From NCBI GenBank assembly GCA_965200265.1, contig OZ241357.1, positions 106,290-170,289 of the forward strand: DNA of 64,000 bases, read 5' to 3'. The notes below the pieces were generated by a model. That model was not told the origin of the DNA. It made no database searches and worked only from the letters and a program-made list of their open reading frames with translations. The number at the start of each line of letters is the position of its first letter. The stretch's first letter is position 1. The position numbers and the translations under genes are program-made. The DNA comes from Alphaproteobacteria bacterium. GTDB taxonomy: Bacteria > Pseudomonadota > Alphaproteobacteria > UBA2966. Positions 1-10,572 of this stretch are shown here, piece after piece.

Positions 1-3000
1 CCGCGCACGCGGCGTCGCCGTCAACGCCCCCAGAGGACCCGAACCCAGATCGACCCGGCGGCCCACCTCCACGCCAACCGCATGGCCGAAGGCCCCGACG
101 CTCGACTTCAGCGACCCGCGCCGCCCGGACTCCAGGGCCACGTCGTACCACGTCGCCGATACCTCGCCGGCCACGTACATGTCGTCGGACAACCGCCACG
201 CCATCGACGCTCCCAGGCCCTCCCCCGCAACGTCGATCCTGCCGTCGTTCCCCGACACCTCCGCCGAGGCGCGGCGGTGATGCGCCGACAGGCCGACCAC
301 AACCTCTTCCAGCGGGAAGTCCACGCCCGTCTCCGCCCCGTAGCGGCGCTCGGTCCACGACAGCCCGGCCCCCGACGTCGACGTCGACCGCTCCGTCTCG
401 CGCGAACCGCCCGACGCCTCGATACGCGCCCACACCCCGTTCGGCGAACGCGGCGCCGCCATCCGGTCATGGAACCCCGACGTCCCGTTCAGGCCCAGAA
501 GCACCGACGGCAACGCCTCGTACACCCGCGCACGCGGCGCATAGTCGCTCGCCAACCTCCCGTCGGGGTCGATTCCCACGTCGAAAGGCCCCGATGGCGC
601 GGCGGCGCTCGTGCCGCGCGGGCCAACCGGCAATTCCTTGCCGTTCGCCGCAATGATCCTTATCCGCCGTTCTCCCGTTCCGGTGATCTGCCCCACCGCC
701 CGATCCGCCGCCTGATCCGGGCGCTCGCTTTCGGCGGCCCAGATCGTCAGGTCCAGATCGCCCGCCGCGTGCCCGACATCGCCTGCACGGCCCGTGTCCG
801 TCACCTTCGCGTCCAGAAGGTCGCCCTTGGCGTCGATGCCGCTCACCGTTCCCGCCACCGTCACGTCCAGGGTGCCGGCCTCGCTGCGGACGCCGGCGCC
901 CTCAGCGGCGGCGGTCCGCCCGCCCGCGCCCACCGTCACCGTGCCGCCGCGGTCGAGCTGCACGTAGCCGGCGACCGTGCCGTCCACCCGCACCGTACTC
1001 GCCGCCAGATGGATGATCCCCGTCACGCTGCCGCCGCGCGCCACCGTCACCATGTGATCGTCGCCGTCGCCACGGCCCAGGACGTCGCCCTCCACCTCCC
1101 CGGCCACGGTCATCGACAGGTCGCCGGCTTCGCTGTGCAGCGCCTCGGTCCCGCCGTCGACCTCGACGCCCGTGAGCCGGCCCGTCGCGGCCACCGTCAC
1201 CGTCCCGCCACCGGTGTAGAGGAGACGTCCGATGCTGCCGACCACCGTCAGCGGGCTGGCGGGGTCATGCACCGTCCCCGCGATCGTCCCGCCTGCCTTC
1301 AAATCCAGGGTCAGGGCGCCGCCGCGCGCCTGGACGTCGCCGGTCACCATGCCCTTGTCGGCCACCGTCAGGCTCAGATCGCCCGACTCGCTGCCCAGCG
1401 CCTCGGTCCCGCCGTCGACCTCGACGCCGGTGAGCCTGCCCGTCGCGGCCACCGTCACCGCGCCGCCGCCGGTGTAGAGGAGACGTCCGATACTGCCCAT
1501 CACCGTCAGCGGGCCGGCGGGATCGTGGACCGTTCCCGTGACGACGCCGCCTTCCATTACGTTCAACGTCAGGGCGCCGGGGCCCCGGGCTTGGATGTCG
1601 CCCTCCACCATCCCGGCGACCGTGGCGTGGAGGTCGCCCGCACCGTCGGAGAGCACGCCCACGCCCGACGTCGCGCCGATCTCGCCCGTCGCGCCGACGG
1701 TGAGCCGCCCGCCGCCGGCCATGTGCACGCCGGCGCCGCTGCCGCCCGTCACCGCGCCGTTCACGGTCACGCTCTGGGCGCGGAGGCTCCCCGCCCCGGC
1801 GCCCGCGCCGCGGACGTAGAGGCCGTTGCGCTTGCCCGTGACGGTCGCCCCATCGGCAACCGTCACCGCGATGGCGCCGTTCCTGTCATGCGGGACGGCG
1901 TAGAGCGCCTCCACGCCGTTGCCCTCGGCGTCGATGGCGCCGCCCGTCACGTCCACCCGGACGTCGCCGGCGTTGTAGCTCGCCGCGCGCTGCCGTACCC
2001 CGTCCTTCCAGTCGTCCGTATAGGCGGTGGCAGAAAGGGCGGTCAGCGCCGCCTCCAGCCCGCTGCCCGTCAGGGCGGCTTCCAGCACCGTGCGCTCGGC
2101 CGCCGAGAGCTTCTCCTGCTCCGCCAGCGCCGTTTGCTGCTGCTCCGTTCGACTCGCCGCGGCGATGGCGAGGATCGCCGGGTCGCGGTCGCCCTGGCGG
2201 ATGAAGGTCGCCATCCCGGTGTGGGACAGCGCCACGGCGCGGACGCCGGCGCGGGAAAGGCCCAGGATCTCCTCGGCCGCCCGGTTCGCCGCCCTGGCGG
2301 CATCCGGCTCGTCGATGCGCTTCCTCAGGAGATTCCGCGCCTCCGCCTTCCAGTCGGCGTCGTAAGCGGCGGGGAGCGCCTCCAGCGCCGTATCGAGCGC
2401 GCCCGAATCCTCCGCCGTGACGGCGTCGCGGACGGCCTGCTCGGCGGCCGACAGCGTCTCGTCGGCGCCCGCGATCCTGTCCCTGATGAAGGCGTCCATT
2501 ACCGAGGCGCCGACCGTGACCGTTCCGCTCGAGGCGACGTGGATCATCGGCGCGGTCCGGGCGGCGTCGTCCGCCGTCTGCGCGCCGTCGCCCATCGTGT
2601 GGCCGCTGGACCGGGCGGCCAAGGCGACGACGCCGGCGTACCGCGCCTCCGCCGCGCCCCCGTGCGTGACGACGACGCGCCCCGCCGCGCCCGCGTCGTT
2701 CGTCGCCCGCGCCTCCATTCCGGCGGCGAACGGCGCCGTGATCGCCGTCTCCGCGCCCGTCGTTACCCCGACGGAGCCGAGGCCCGCCTGAAGCCCGAGT
2801 ATCCCCGCCGCGTTCAGCCCCTCCACCGCGATGGCGCGGTCGCCCGCCGCATCGATGGCGATCGCCGCCGTACTCGCGGCGTTGCGTATATTGCCGACGA
2901 CGCCGTAGCTCTCGTCGCCGGTCGTGGAGATGGCGACGTCGTCCAGATCGACGGCGACGCCGCCCGTGCCGAGGTGCAGGGCGAAGAAGCCGTAGCTCCT

Positions 3001-4092
3001 GTAGCCCGTCGTGGAGACGGCGACGCCATCCGCGTCGATCGAGAGCGCCGACGCGCTGGCGGCGCGGTCGACATAGCCGAGGATGCCGTAGGATCTCGCG
3101 CCCGTCGTCTTGACCGAGCCGCGCACTATGTCGATGTCGAGTAGCTGCGAGCCCGAGGTATTGCTGAGCCAGCCCATGAAGCCGTAGGAGCTCGTGTTCG
3201 CCGTCGAGATGACGGCGTCGGTCAGATCGGCGTCGATTCCGGCCAGGCCGTTTTGCGTGATGAGAACGCCGTGGGCGTTCCGGCCCGTCGTGGAAAGGGC
3301 GGCGCCGTCCGTCACGCCGACGGTTATCGCCCCGGTGCTCGTCTGCGAGAACGTGTACGCCCGCACGGCGTGGGCGTTCACGCCCGCCGTCGCGACGGAG
3401 CCGCCCGCCACGTTGACCGAGACCGGCGCCGTGCTCCCGACGGTGCTGATCCAGCCGAAGACGCCGTAGGCTCTGGTGCCCATTGTCGAGACGCGGGTGT
3501 TTTTCGTGTCGATGGAGACCGCCATCCCCACCGCCGTCCCGGTGGCGTCGTTGATGTTGGCGGAGACGGCATAGGCGCTCGATCCCGCCGTCGTTACTGA
3601 GCCGCCCGTCACGTCGATGTCGATGCCGGTTCCGCTCGTGCCCTGGTGACCGGCATAGACGCCGTAGTCGAGCTGGCCCTGCGTGGAGACGTCGACGTTC
3701 GTCATGTCGATGTCGATTGCGCCCGCGGCCTCGTGGCGGGCATCGACGCCATTGGCGTCCGCCGCCGCGATGGAGCCGCCCGTCACGTCGATCTCGATGT
3801 TGCCCGTGCCCGTATGCGTGGCCTCGATGCCCTCGTCGGCGGGGCCCGTCGTCGAGATGGCGGGGTTCGCGAGGTCGATGTCGATGTCGGCGGCGCCGGT
3901 TTGCGTGCAGCGAATCCAGTCGTTCGCCCCCGGCGTGTTGCTGCACACGGCGGCGGCCCGCGCCTCTCCCGCGCCGAGGATCGCGAGGAGCGTTCCCAAG
4001 GCGAGCGCGATGCCCGGAGCCCGGACGCTCATGAGGCGCTCCCTGGCGGCCGTGCGGGGGGGGGGGACAAGACGAATGGCCGGGCGTTCCAT
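1..4092 (-). CDS. Autotransporter (type V secretion) adhesin-like outer membrane protein, 3' end outside window
   Basis: Manual translation from ATG 4092 (SD-like GAGAGGAAG upstream): MERPAIRLVPPPRTAARERLMSVRAPGIALALGTLLAILGAGEARAAAVCSNTPG. Signal-peptide-like segment, G/T/V/A-rich beta-helix-like passenger (IDIDVTGGSVTTAG, STTGDESYGV), then barrel-like GVWARIEASGG...GVEVGRRVDLG...LTATPRAR at the left edge. No stop seen, which explains its absence from the ORF track. Alternative start ATG 4032. Confidence 0.85.
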   Translation of the reverse strand, partial: MERPAIRLVPPPRTAARERLMSVRAPGIALALGTLLAILGAGEARAAAVCSNTPGANDWIRCTQTGAADIDIDLANPAISTTGPADEGIEATHTGTGNIEIDVTGGSIAAADANGVDARHEAAGAIDIDMTNVDVSTQGQLDYGVYAGHQGTSGTGIDIDVTGGSVTTAGSSAYAVSANINDATGTAVGMAVSIDTKNTRVSTMGTRAYGVFGWISTVGSTAPVSVNVAGGSVATAGVNAHAVRAYTFSQTSTGAITVGVTDGAALSTTGRNAHGVLITQNGLAGIDADLTDAVISTANTSSYGFMGWLSNTSGSQLLDIDIVRGSVKTTGARSYGILGYVDRAASASALSIDADGVAVSTTGYRSYGFFALHLGTGGVAVDLDDVAISTTGDESYGVVGNIRNAASTAAIAIDAAGDRAIAVEGLNAAGILGLQAGLGSVGVTTGAETAITAPFAAGMEARATNDAGAAGRVVVTHGGAAEARYAGVVALAARSSGHTMGDGAQTADDAARTAPMIHVASSGTVTVGASVMDAFIRDRIAGADETLSAAEQAVRDAVTAEDSGALDTALEALPAAYDADWKAEARNLLRKRIDEPDAARAANRAAEEILGLSRAGVRAVALSHTGMATFIRQGDRDPAILAIAAASRTEQQQTALAEQEKLSAAERTVLEAALTGSGLEAALTALSATAYTDDWKDGVRQRAASYNAGDVRVDVTGGAIDAEGNGVEALYAVPHDRNGAIAVTVADGATVTGKRNGLYVRGAGAGAGSLRAQSVTVNGAVTGGSGAGVHMAGGGRLTVGATGEIGATSGVGVLSDGAGDLHATVAGMVEGDIQARGPGALTLNVMEGGVVTGTVHDPAGPLTVMGSIGRLLYTGGGAVTVAATGRLTGVEVDGGTEALGSESGDLSLTVADKGMVTGDVQARGGALTLDLKAGGTIAGTVHDPASPLTVVGSIGRLLYTGGGTVTVAATGRLTGVEVDGGTEALHSEAGDLSMTVAGEVEGDVLGRGDGDDHMVTVARGGSVTGIIHLAASTVRVDGTVAGYVQLDRGGTVTVGAGGRTAAAEGAGVRSEAGTLDVTVAGTVSGIDAKGDLLDAKVTDTGRAGDVGHAAGDLDLTIWAAESERPDQAADRAVGQITGTGERRIRIIAANGKELPVGPRGTSAAAPSGPFDVGIDPDGRLASDYAPRARVYEALPSVLLGLNGTSGFHDRMAAPRSPNGVWARIEASGGSRETERSTSTSGAGLSWTERRYGAETGVDFPLEEVVVGLSAHHRRASAEVSGNDGRIDVAGEGLGASMAWRLSDDMYVAGEVSATWYDVALESGRRGSLKSSVGAFGHAVGVEVGRRVDLGSGPLGALTATPRAR
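1141..1610. repeat. Intragenic tandem duplication, 258-nt (86-aa) period
   Basis: cgcctcggtcccgccgtcgacctcgacgcc...ggtgtagaggagacgtccgat begins at 1141 and again at 1399; protein copies contain GTVHDPAxPLTVxGSIGRLLYTGGGxVTVAATGRLTGVEVDGGTEAL. Confidence 0.9.
4056..4066. repeat. G11/C11 homopolymer tract in 5' coding region of autotransporter
   Basis: cgtgc-GGGGGGGGGGG-acaa read directly. Confidence 0.9.
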
Positions 4093-4404
4093 GGCTTCCT
4101 CTCTCGAATGAAGGCACCCGTCGCGGCGGCGGGTGCTCCCGAACAAGGCTGCAAAGCATAGTCCACTTTCGCGTCCGAAGGCAGCAGGCCGGTCGCTCCC
4201 CTGTCCAGGGCCATCCTTGCCCGAACCCGCCCGCCGTCGGGGCGCGGGACGGCAATCCGGCCTTACCCGGCCTTCTCCCTCCCATCAGGGGGGAGAAACG
4301 CGCCCGGCGCGGCGCGCGGCAGGACCGGAGTTGCGCGGTTCGCGCACGGTCGGGCATGAATCCGGCACGCGGCGAGGTCGCGTCGTGGAGGGGGAAATCG
4401 GCGG

Positions 4405-5085
4405 ATGAAGCGAGGCAAGGTCCGGGTCGCGACCGCCCGCGGCCGCACGGCGTCGTCGACGCGGTGGCTGTCGCGGCAGCTGAACGACGCCTACGTCGCG
4501 CGGGCGAAGAGGGCCGGATACAGATCGCGGGCGGCGTTCAAGCTGGCCGAACTCGACGACCGGTTCGGGTTCCTCGGGGCGGGAGCGCGGATCGTCGACC
4601 TCGGCGCGGCGCCGGGCGGCTGGACGCAGGTGGCGGTCGAGCGCGCGGGACGGGGCAACGTGGTCGCCGTCGACGCGGCGCCGATGGAGCCGGTGGCCGG
4701 CGCCTCGGTCGTCCGCGCCGACGTCCTCGACGAGGACGCCGCCGAGACGATCCTGCGGGCGGCGGGGCGCGGCGTCGACGTGGTGTTGTCCGACATGGCG
4801 CCGGCGGCGACCGGCCACCGGTCCACCGATCACCTGCGGATCGTGGCCCTGGCGGAGGCGGCGTTCGGCGTCGCGCGCCGGCTCCTGCGCCCCCGCGGCG
4901 CGTTCGTCGCCAAGGTGTACCAGGGGGGCGCCGAACGGGAGCTGCTCGCCGCGATGAAGGCGGCGTTCCGGACGGTCAGGCACGCGAAGCCCGCCGCGAG
5001 CCGGCCCGAATCTCCCGAGACCTACGTCGTCGCGATGGGCTTCCGGCGGTCCGGCCTCGACGACCGGGCGTCCGTCCCGGAATGA
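4405..5085 (+). CDS. rlmE: 23S rRNA Um2552 2'-O-methyltransferase RlmE (FtsJ/RrmJ)
   Basis: WLSRQLNDAY, GYRSRAAFKL, DLGAAPGGW, VLSDMAP, KPAASRPESPETY motifs. Confidence 0.95.
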   Translation: MKRGKVRVATARGRTASSTRWLSRQLNDAYVARAKRAGYRSRAAFKLAELDDRFGFLGAGARIVDLGAAPGGWTQVAVERAGRGNVVAVDAAPMEPVAGASVVRADVLDEDAAETILRAAGRGVDVVLSDMAPAATGHRSTDHLRIVALAEAAFGVARRLLRPRGAFVAKVYQGGAERELLAAMKAAFRTVRHAKPAASRPESPETYVVAMGFRRSGLDDRASVPE

Positions 5086-5148
5086 ATCCTGCCTGTCCAG
5101 GAGAGTCCGCCGATGGAGGGCTGCATTTCCCGCATGTCCCCGGGAATG

Positions 5149-5214
5149 CCGGTGGCCGGTGGTCAGTGACCAGTGGCCAGCACCGATCACCGATCACCGG
5201 CCACTGGCCACTGA
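5149..5214. repeat. Inverted array of 7-nt tandem repeats (YCRGTGR x4.5 facing YCACYGR x5), hairpin-forming
   Basis: ccggtgg ccggtgg tcagtga ccagtgg ccag | caccga tcaccga tcaccgg ccactgg ccactga. Confidence 0.85.
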
Positions 5215-5258
5215 AAACAAGGCCGCGATGCCGGCGGGACGCCGGCGCTCCCAGGCGA

Positions 5259-5288
5259 TTGGAGCGGCGGGGAGGTGGGTGCTACAAT
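5259..5288 (+). promoter_or_regulatory. Putative sigma70 promoter (TTGGAG-18-TACAAT, extended -10 TGn)
   Basis: ttggag...gtgggTGcTACAAT upstream of small membrane protein gene. Confidence 0.45.
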
Positions 5289-5339
5289 CCGCGGCGCCGG
5301 TCGCCGCCCGGCCGGGGGGCGCGTCGTCGGGGGCTCGTC

Positions 5340-5684
5340 ATCAAGAGCACGAAAGCTCAGATCGTCTTCGCCTGGGGGTTCGTCGGGGCCGTGTGGCTGG
5401 CGTGCGGGCTTCACGTCTTCTCCAGGTATCCCGAGGTCTCCATCGACTCGCTCGCGGGGCTGCGGTTCTTCACCGTCGACACGGGCCTCGCGGTGTTCGT
5501 GCTGGGCGCGGCGCACTACGTCCTGCAGCTGGGGCTGATGAAGGTCCTCGACCGGGTCGACATCGACCCCGGCGACAAGCCCTCGATGATGCGCCTGAAC
5601 CGCGCCGGCCTGTTGATGATCTTTCTCGAGGTCGTGGTCATCTATCAGGCGGCGCACTACACGTTCCGGACCTTCGTTCTGTGA
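5340..5684 (+). CDS. Small hypothetical membrane protein (about 3 TM helices), start uncertain
   Basis: [27 protein letters not shown]...[18 protein letters not shown]...[20 protein letters not shown] with GC3-rich codons; candidate starts ATC 5340, ATG 5082 (overlapping rlmE stop) or GTG 5391. Confidence 0.65.
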   Translation: MKSTKAQIVFAWGFVGAVWLACGLHVFSRYPEVSIDSLAGLRFFTVDTGLAVFVLGAAHYVLQLGLMKVLDRVDIDPGDKPSMMRLNRAGLLMIFLEVVVIYQAAHYTFRTFVL

Positions 5685-5749
5685 GGCGCGCGCTCCGCCG
5701 GGCGCCGGCGCCCGTTGCCGCTGTCCCGGCGCCGGCCGGCGTGGCATAG

Positions 5750-7237
<1,488 letters not shown>

Positions 7238-7297
7238 GCGCCGCGGCCGGCGCGGCCGGCGCTGGACTCCCCGGCGGCCGGAACATACGTTCGGGCG

Positions 7298-8845
7298 ATG
7301 ACCGACGGCGTGCTCATCATCGATTTCGGTTCCCAGGTCACGCAGCTCATCGCCCGCCGTATCCGCGAGAACGGCGTCTATTGCGAGATCGCTCCCTTCG
7401 ACAGATCGGAAGCCGCGCTGAGGCGGTTCGAGCCGCGGGGCGTCGTTCTCTCGGGCGGTCCGGCCTCCGTGTCGCGGGCGGAGGCGCCGCGGGCGCCCGA
7501 ATTGACCTTCGAGCTCGGCGTCCCGGTCCTCGGCATCTGCTACGGCGAGCAGACCCTGGTCGCCCAGCTCGGCGGCGAGGTGGAAACCGCCGCCCGGCGC
7601 GAGTTCGGGCGTGCATCCATCGAGGTCACGGACGGCTGCGGCCTGTTCGACGGGCTGTGGGCGCCCGGCGACCGGGAACAGGTATGGATGAGCCACGGCG
7701 ACCGGGTCGTCCGGCTGCCGGAAGGGTTCCGGTCGGTCGCCGTCAGCGACGGGACCGGGTTCGCCGCCATCGCCGACGACGAGCGCCGCTACTACGGCGT
7801 CCAGTTCCATCCGGAAGTCGTCCACACCCCCCGGGGCGGCGCGCTCCTGCACAACTTCACCCACCGGGTGGCGGGCTGCGCGGGCGGCTGGAGCATGGCG
7901 GCGTTCCGCGAGACGGCCGTCGCCGGTATCCGTGACCGGGTGGGCGGGGAACGCGTCGTCTGCGGCCTCTCGGGCGGCGTCGATTCGGCGGTGGCGGCCG
8001 TCCTCCTGCGCGAGGCGGTCGGCGACCGCCTCACATGCATCTTCGTCGACACGGGCCTGTTGCGCGCCGGCGAGGCGGCGGAGGTGGAGCGGGTGTTCCG
8101 CGGCCACTTCGACGTCCCGCTCGTCGTCCGCGACGCCGCCGCCGACTTCCTGCGGGCGCTGCGCGGGGTCGTCGATCCCGAGGACAAGCGCCGGATCATC
8201 GGCGGCGCGTTCGTCGACGTCTTCGAAGCCGAGGCCGGCCGGATCGACGGCGCCGGGTTCCTGGCGCAGGGGACGCTGTACCCGGACGTGATCGAATCCG
8301 TCTCCCCGGCGGGGGGGCCGAGCGCGACGATCAAGTCCCATCACAACGTCGGCGGCCTCCCCGAGCGCATGAACCTGAAGGTCGTCGAGCCCCTCCGCGA
8401 GCTGTTCAAGGACGAGGCGCGGGCGCTGGGGCGGGAGCTGGGGCTTCCCGAGAGCCTTCTCGGGCGCCACCCCTTCCCCGGGCCGGGGCTGGCCATACGC
8501 CTGCCCGGAGAAGTGACGCCCGGGAAGCTGGACGTCCTGCGCCGGGCCGACGGGATCTATCTGGAGGAGATCCGGCGCGCCGGACTCTACGACGACATCT
8601 GGCAGGCCTTCGCCGTGCTGCTGCCGGTGCGGACCGTCGGCGTGATGGGCGACGAGCGCACCTACGAGCACGTCTGCGCCCTCCGCGCCGTGACCTCCAC
8701 GGACGGGATGACCGCCGACTACTATCCCTTCGACATGGCGTTCATCGGCAACGTCGCCAACCGCATCGTCAACGAGGTGAAGGGCATCAACCGCGTCGTC
8801 TACGACGTCACCTCGAAACCGCCCGGCACCATCGAGTGGGAATAG
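7298..8845 (+). CDS. guaA: GMP synthase (glutamine-hydrolysing)
   Basis: [49 protein letters not shown]. Confidence 0.98.
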   Translation: MTDGVLIIDFGSQVTQLIARRIRENGVYCEIAPFDRSEAALRRFEPRGVVLSGGPASVSRAEAPRAPELTFELGVPVLGICYGEQTLVAQLGGEVETAARREFGRASIEVTDGCGLFDGLWAPGDREQVWMSHGDRVVRLPEGFRSVAVSDGTGFAAIADDERRYYGVQFHPEVVHTPRGGALLHNFTHRVAGCAGGWSMAAFRETAVAGIRDRVGGERVVCGLSGGVDSAVAAVLLREAVGDRLTCIFVDTGLLRAGEAAEVERVFRGHFDVPLVVRDAAADFLRALRGVVDPEDKRRIIGGAFVDVFEAEAGRIDGAGFLAQGTLYPDVIESVSPAGGPSATIKSHHNVGGLPERMNLKVVEPLRELFKDEARALGRELGLPESLLGRHPFPGPGLAIRLPGEVTPGKLDVLRRADGIYLEEIRRAGLYDDIWQAFAVLLPVRTVGVMGDERTYEHVCALRAVTSTDGMTADYYPFDMAFIGNVANRIVNEVKGINRVVYDVTSKPPGTIEWE

Positions 8846-8887
8846 CCGCCGGCGCGCCGGAACGAACCGAACGGAGGAGACAGGGAC

Positions 8888-9766
8888 ATGGATCGGGAAA
8901 CGGTCGGCTTCATCGGTCTCGGCAATCTGGGCAAGGCGATCGCCGACAACATCGCCGGGGGCGGGTTCGACATGTGCGTCTTCGACGTCGTCGACGCGCG
9001 GACGCGGGCGCCCGAGGGCGCCGCCGTGGCGGCCTCCGTGGCCGAGGTGGCGGAGCGCTCCAGCCTCGTGTTCCTGTGCCTGCCGACCATCGCCTCGGTC
9101 GAGGCGGTGGTCGCGGTGATCGGCAACGCCGCCGCGCCGGACGGTCTCGTCGTCGTCAATACGTCGACGGCGAGCCCGCGGTGCGCCGTCGCCGCCCACG
9201 CGCGGCTGGGCGAGAGGGGCATCGGCTACGCGGACGCGACCGTCTCCGGGACCCCGCCGCGCACGCGGGCGGCGCAGGCGCGCCTGATGTTCTCGGGCGA
9301 GCCGGAACACCTGCGGCGGCTGACGCCCGTGTTCGAGACCTTCAGCGAGAAGGTCTTCGATCTTGGTTCCGAGGTGGGGAACGGCCAGCGCATGAAGCTC
9401 GTCAACAACTGCCTCGTCCACGCGGCGCTGGCGGTCTCCAGCGAGGCCCTGGCGTGGGGCGAGAAAGGCGGCTTGAGCATGAAGACGATGCTGGAGGTCC
9501 TGGAGGAGACGTCGGGGCGCAACATCGCGACCGATCACTACTTTCCGCGGGCCGTGCTGACGGGCAGCTACGATACCGGCGCGACCATCGGCATCGCGCG
9601 GAAGGACATCGAGACCTTCGTCGAGGAGGCGCGGGCCGACGGGTGCCGGATCGCGGTGGCGGAATCCGTCCGCGCGTCGATGGCGGAGCTCCACGAGGCG
9701 GCCCCGGGCGTGGATCAGGTCACGATGTATCCCTTCACGCGGGACGGCGGGAAGGTCCCGGAGTAG
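8888..9766 (+). CDS. NAD(P)-dependent oxidoreductase, 3-hydroxyisobutyrate dehydrogenase family
   Basis: VGFIGLGNLG, DATVSG, MKLVNN catalytic Lys motif; SD GGAGGA. Confidence 0.85.
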   Translation: MDRETVGFIGLGNLGKAIADNIAGGGFDMCVFDVVDARTRAPEGAAVAASVAEVAERSSLVFLCLPTIASVEAVVAVIGNAAAPDGLVVVNTSTASPRCAVAAHARLGERGIGYADATVSGTPPRTRAAQARLMFSGEPEHLRRLTPVFETFSEKVFDLGSEVGNGQRMKLVNNCLVHAALAVSSEALAWGEKGGLSMKTMLEVLEETSGRNIATDHYFPRAVLTGSYDTGATIGIARKDIETFVEEARADGCRIAVAESVRASMAELHEAAPGVDQVTMYPFTRDGGKVPE

Positions 9767-9918
9767 GGCGGGCGCAGGGTCCGCCGGCGCGGCGCCGCCG
9801 GCCGTTTCCGGCGACCGGCCCGGCCAGCGGCTTCGCCCCGGAATCGGGCCTCGGATGGATTGCTCCGTCCGGCGGCCCGGGCTAAGGTAGGCCGTCCTTT
9901 CGGATACTGGAGACCGCC

Positions 9919-10572
9919 GTGGCCGACGCCTTCCACGAAGTCGACGAAGAACTGCGACGAGAGCAATACGAGAAGCTCTGGAAGAAGTACGGCAAGTACG
10001 TGATCGCGTTCGCCGTCGTCGTCGTGCTGGGCACGGGAGCGAGCGTGGGGTGGAAGGAATACACCGCCGCCGCCCGCCAGTCGGAGAGCGCCCGGTTCGC
10101 GGCGGCGGTCCGGCTCATCGCGTCGGGCGAGGAGGCGCAGGGGGCCGCCGCGCTGGGCGCGCTGGCCGACGACGCCGGCGCCGGCTACCGGACGCTCGCC
10201 CGGTTGCGGCAGGCCGCCGCCCTGCGGCGGATCGGCGACCACGGCGTCGCCCTTTCGGTCTACGACCGTCTGGCGGCGGATGACGGAGTCGACGGGCACC
10301 TGAGGGATCTCGCCCGGCTGCTGGGCGCGCAGGCCCAGCTGGAGCTCGGCGCGGCCGACGACGAGGTCGCGGCCCGGCTGGACCCCCTGCTGACGGGCGG
10401 CAACCCCTGGCGACATTCGGCCCGCGAGTTGCGAGGCGCCCTGGCCCTGCGGCAAGGCGACCTTGACACGGCGCGGCGGGAGTTCGCGTCCCTTACGGAC
10501 GACGCCGGCGCGCCGCCGGGCATCCGCGCCCGCGCCGCCGAGGTGCTGGCCGCGGTGAAGCAGGGCAGGTGA
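9919..10572 (+). CDS. YfgM-like TPR/ancillary translocon membrane protein
   Basis: DAFHEVDEELRREQYEKLWKKYG plus one TM helix; conserved position before bamB-der. Confidence 0.85.
   Translation: MADAFHEVDEELRREQYEKLWKKYGKYVIAFAVVVVLGTGASVGWKEYTAAARQSESARFAAAVRLIASGEEAQGAAALGALADDAGAGYRTLARLRQAAALRRIGDHGVALSVYDRLAADDGVDGHLRDLARLLGAQAQLELGAADDEVAARLDPLLTGGNPWRHSARELRGALALRQGDLDTARREFASLTDDAGAPPGIRARAAEVLAAVKQGR

Noticed and set aside
82-3144. 1020-aa plus-strand ORF (and 1886..4357 minus)
   Set aside because: Arg/Pro/His-rich shadow frames of the GC-rich autotransporter gene
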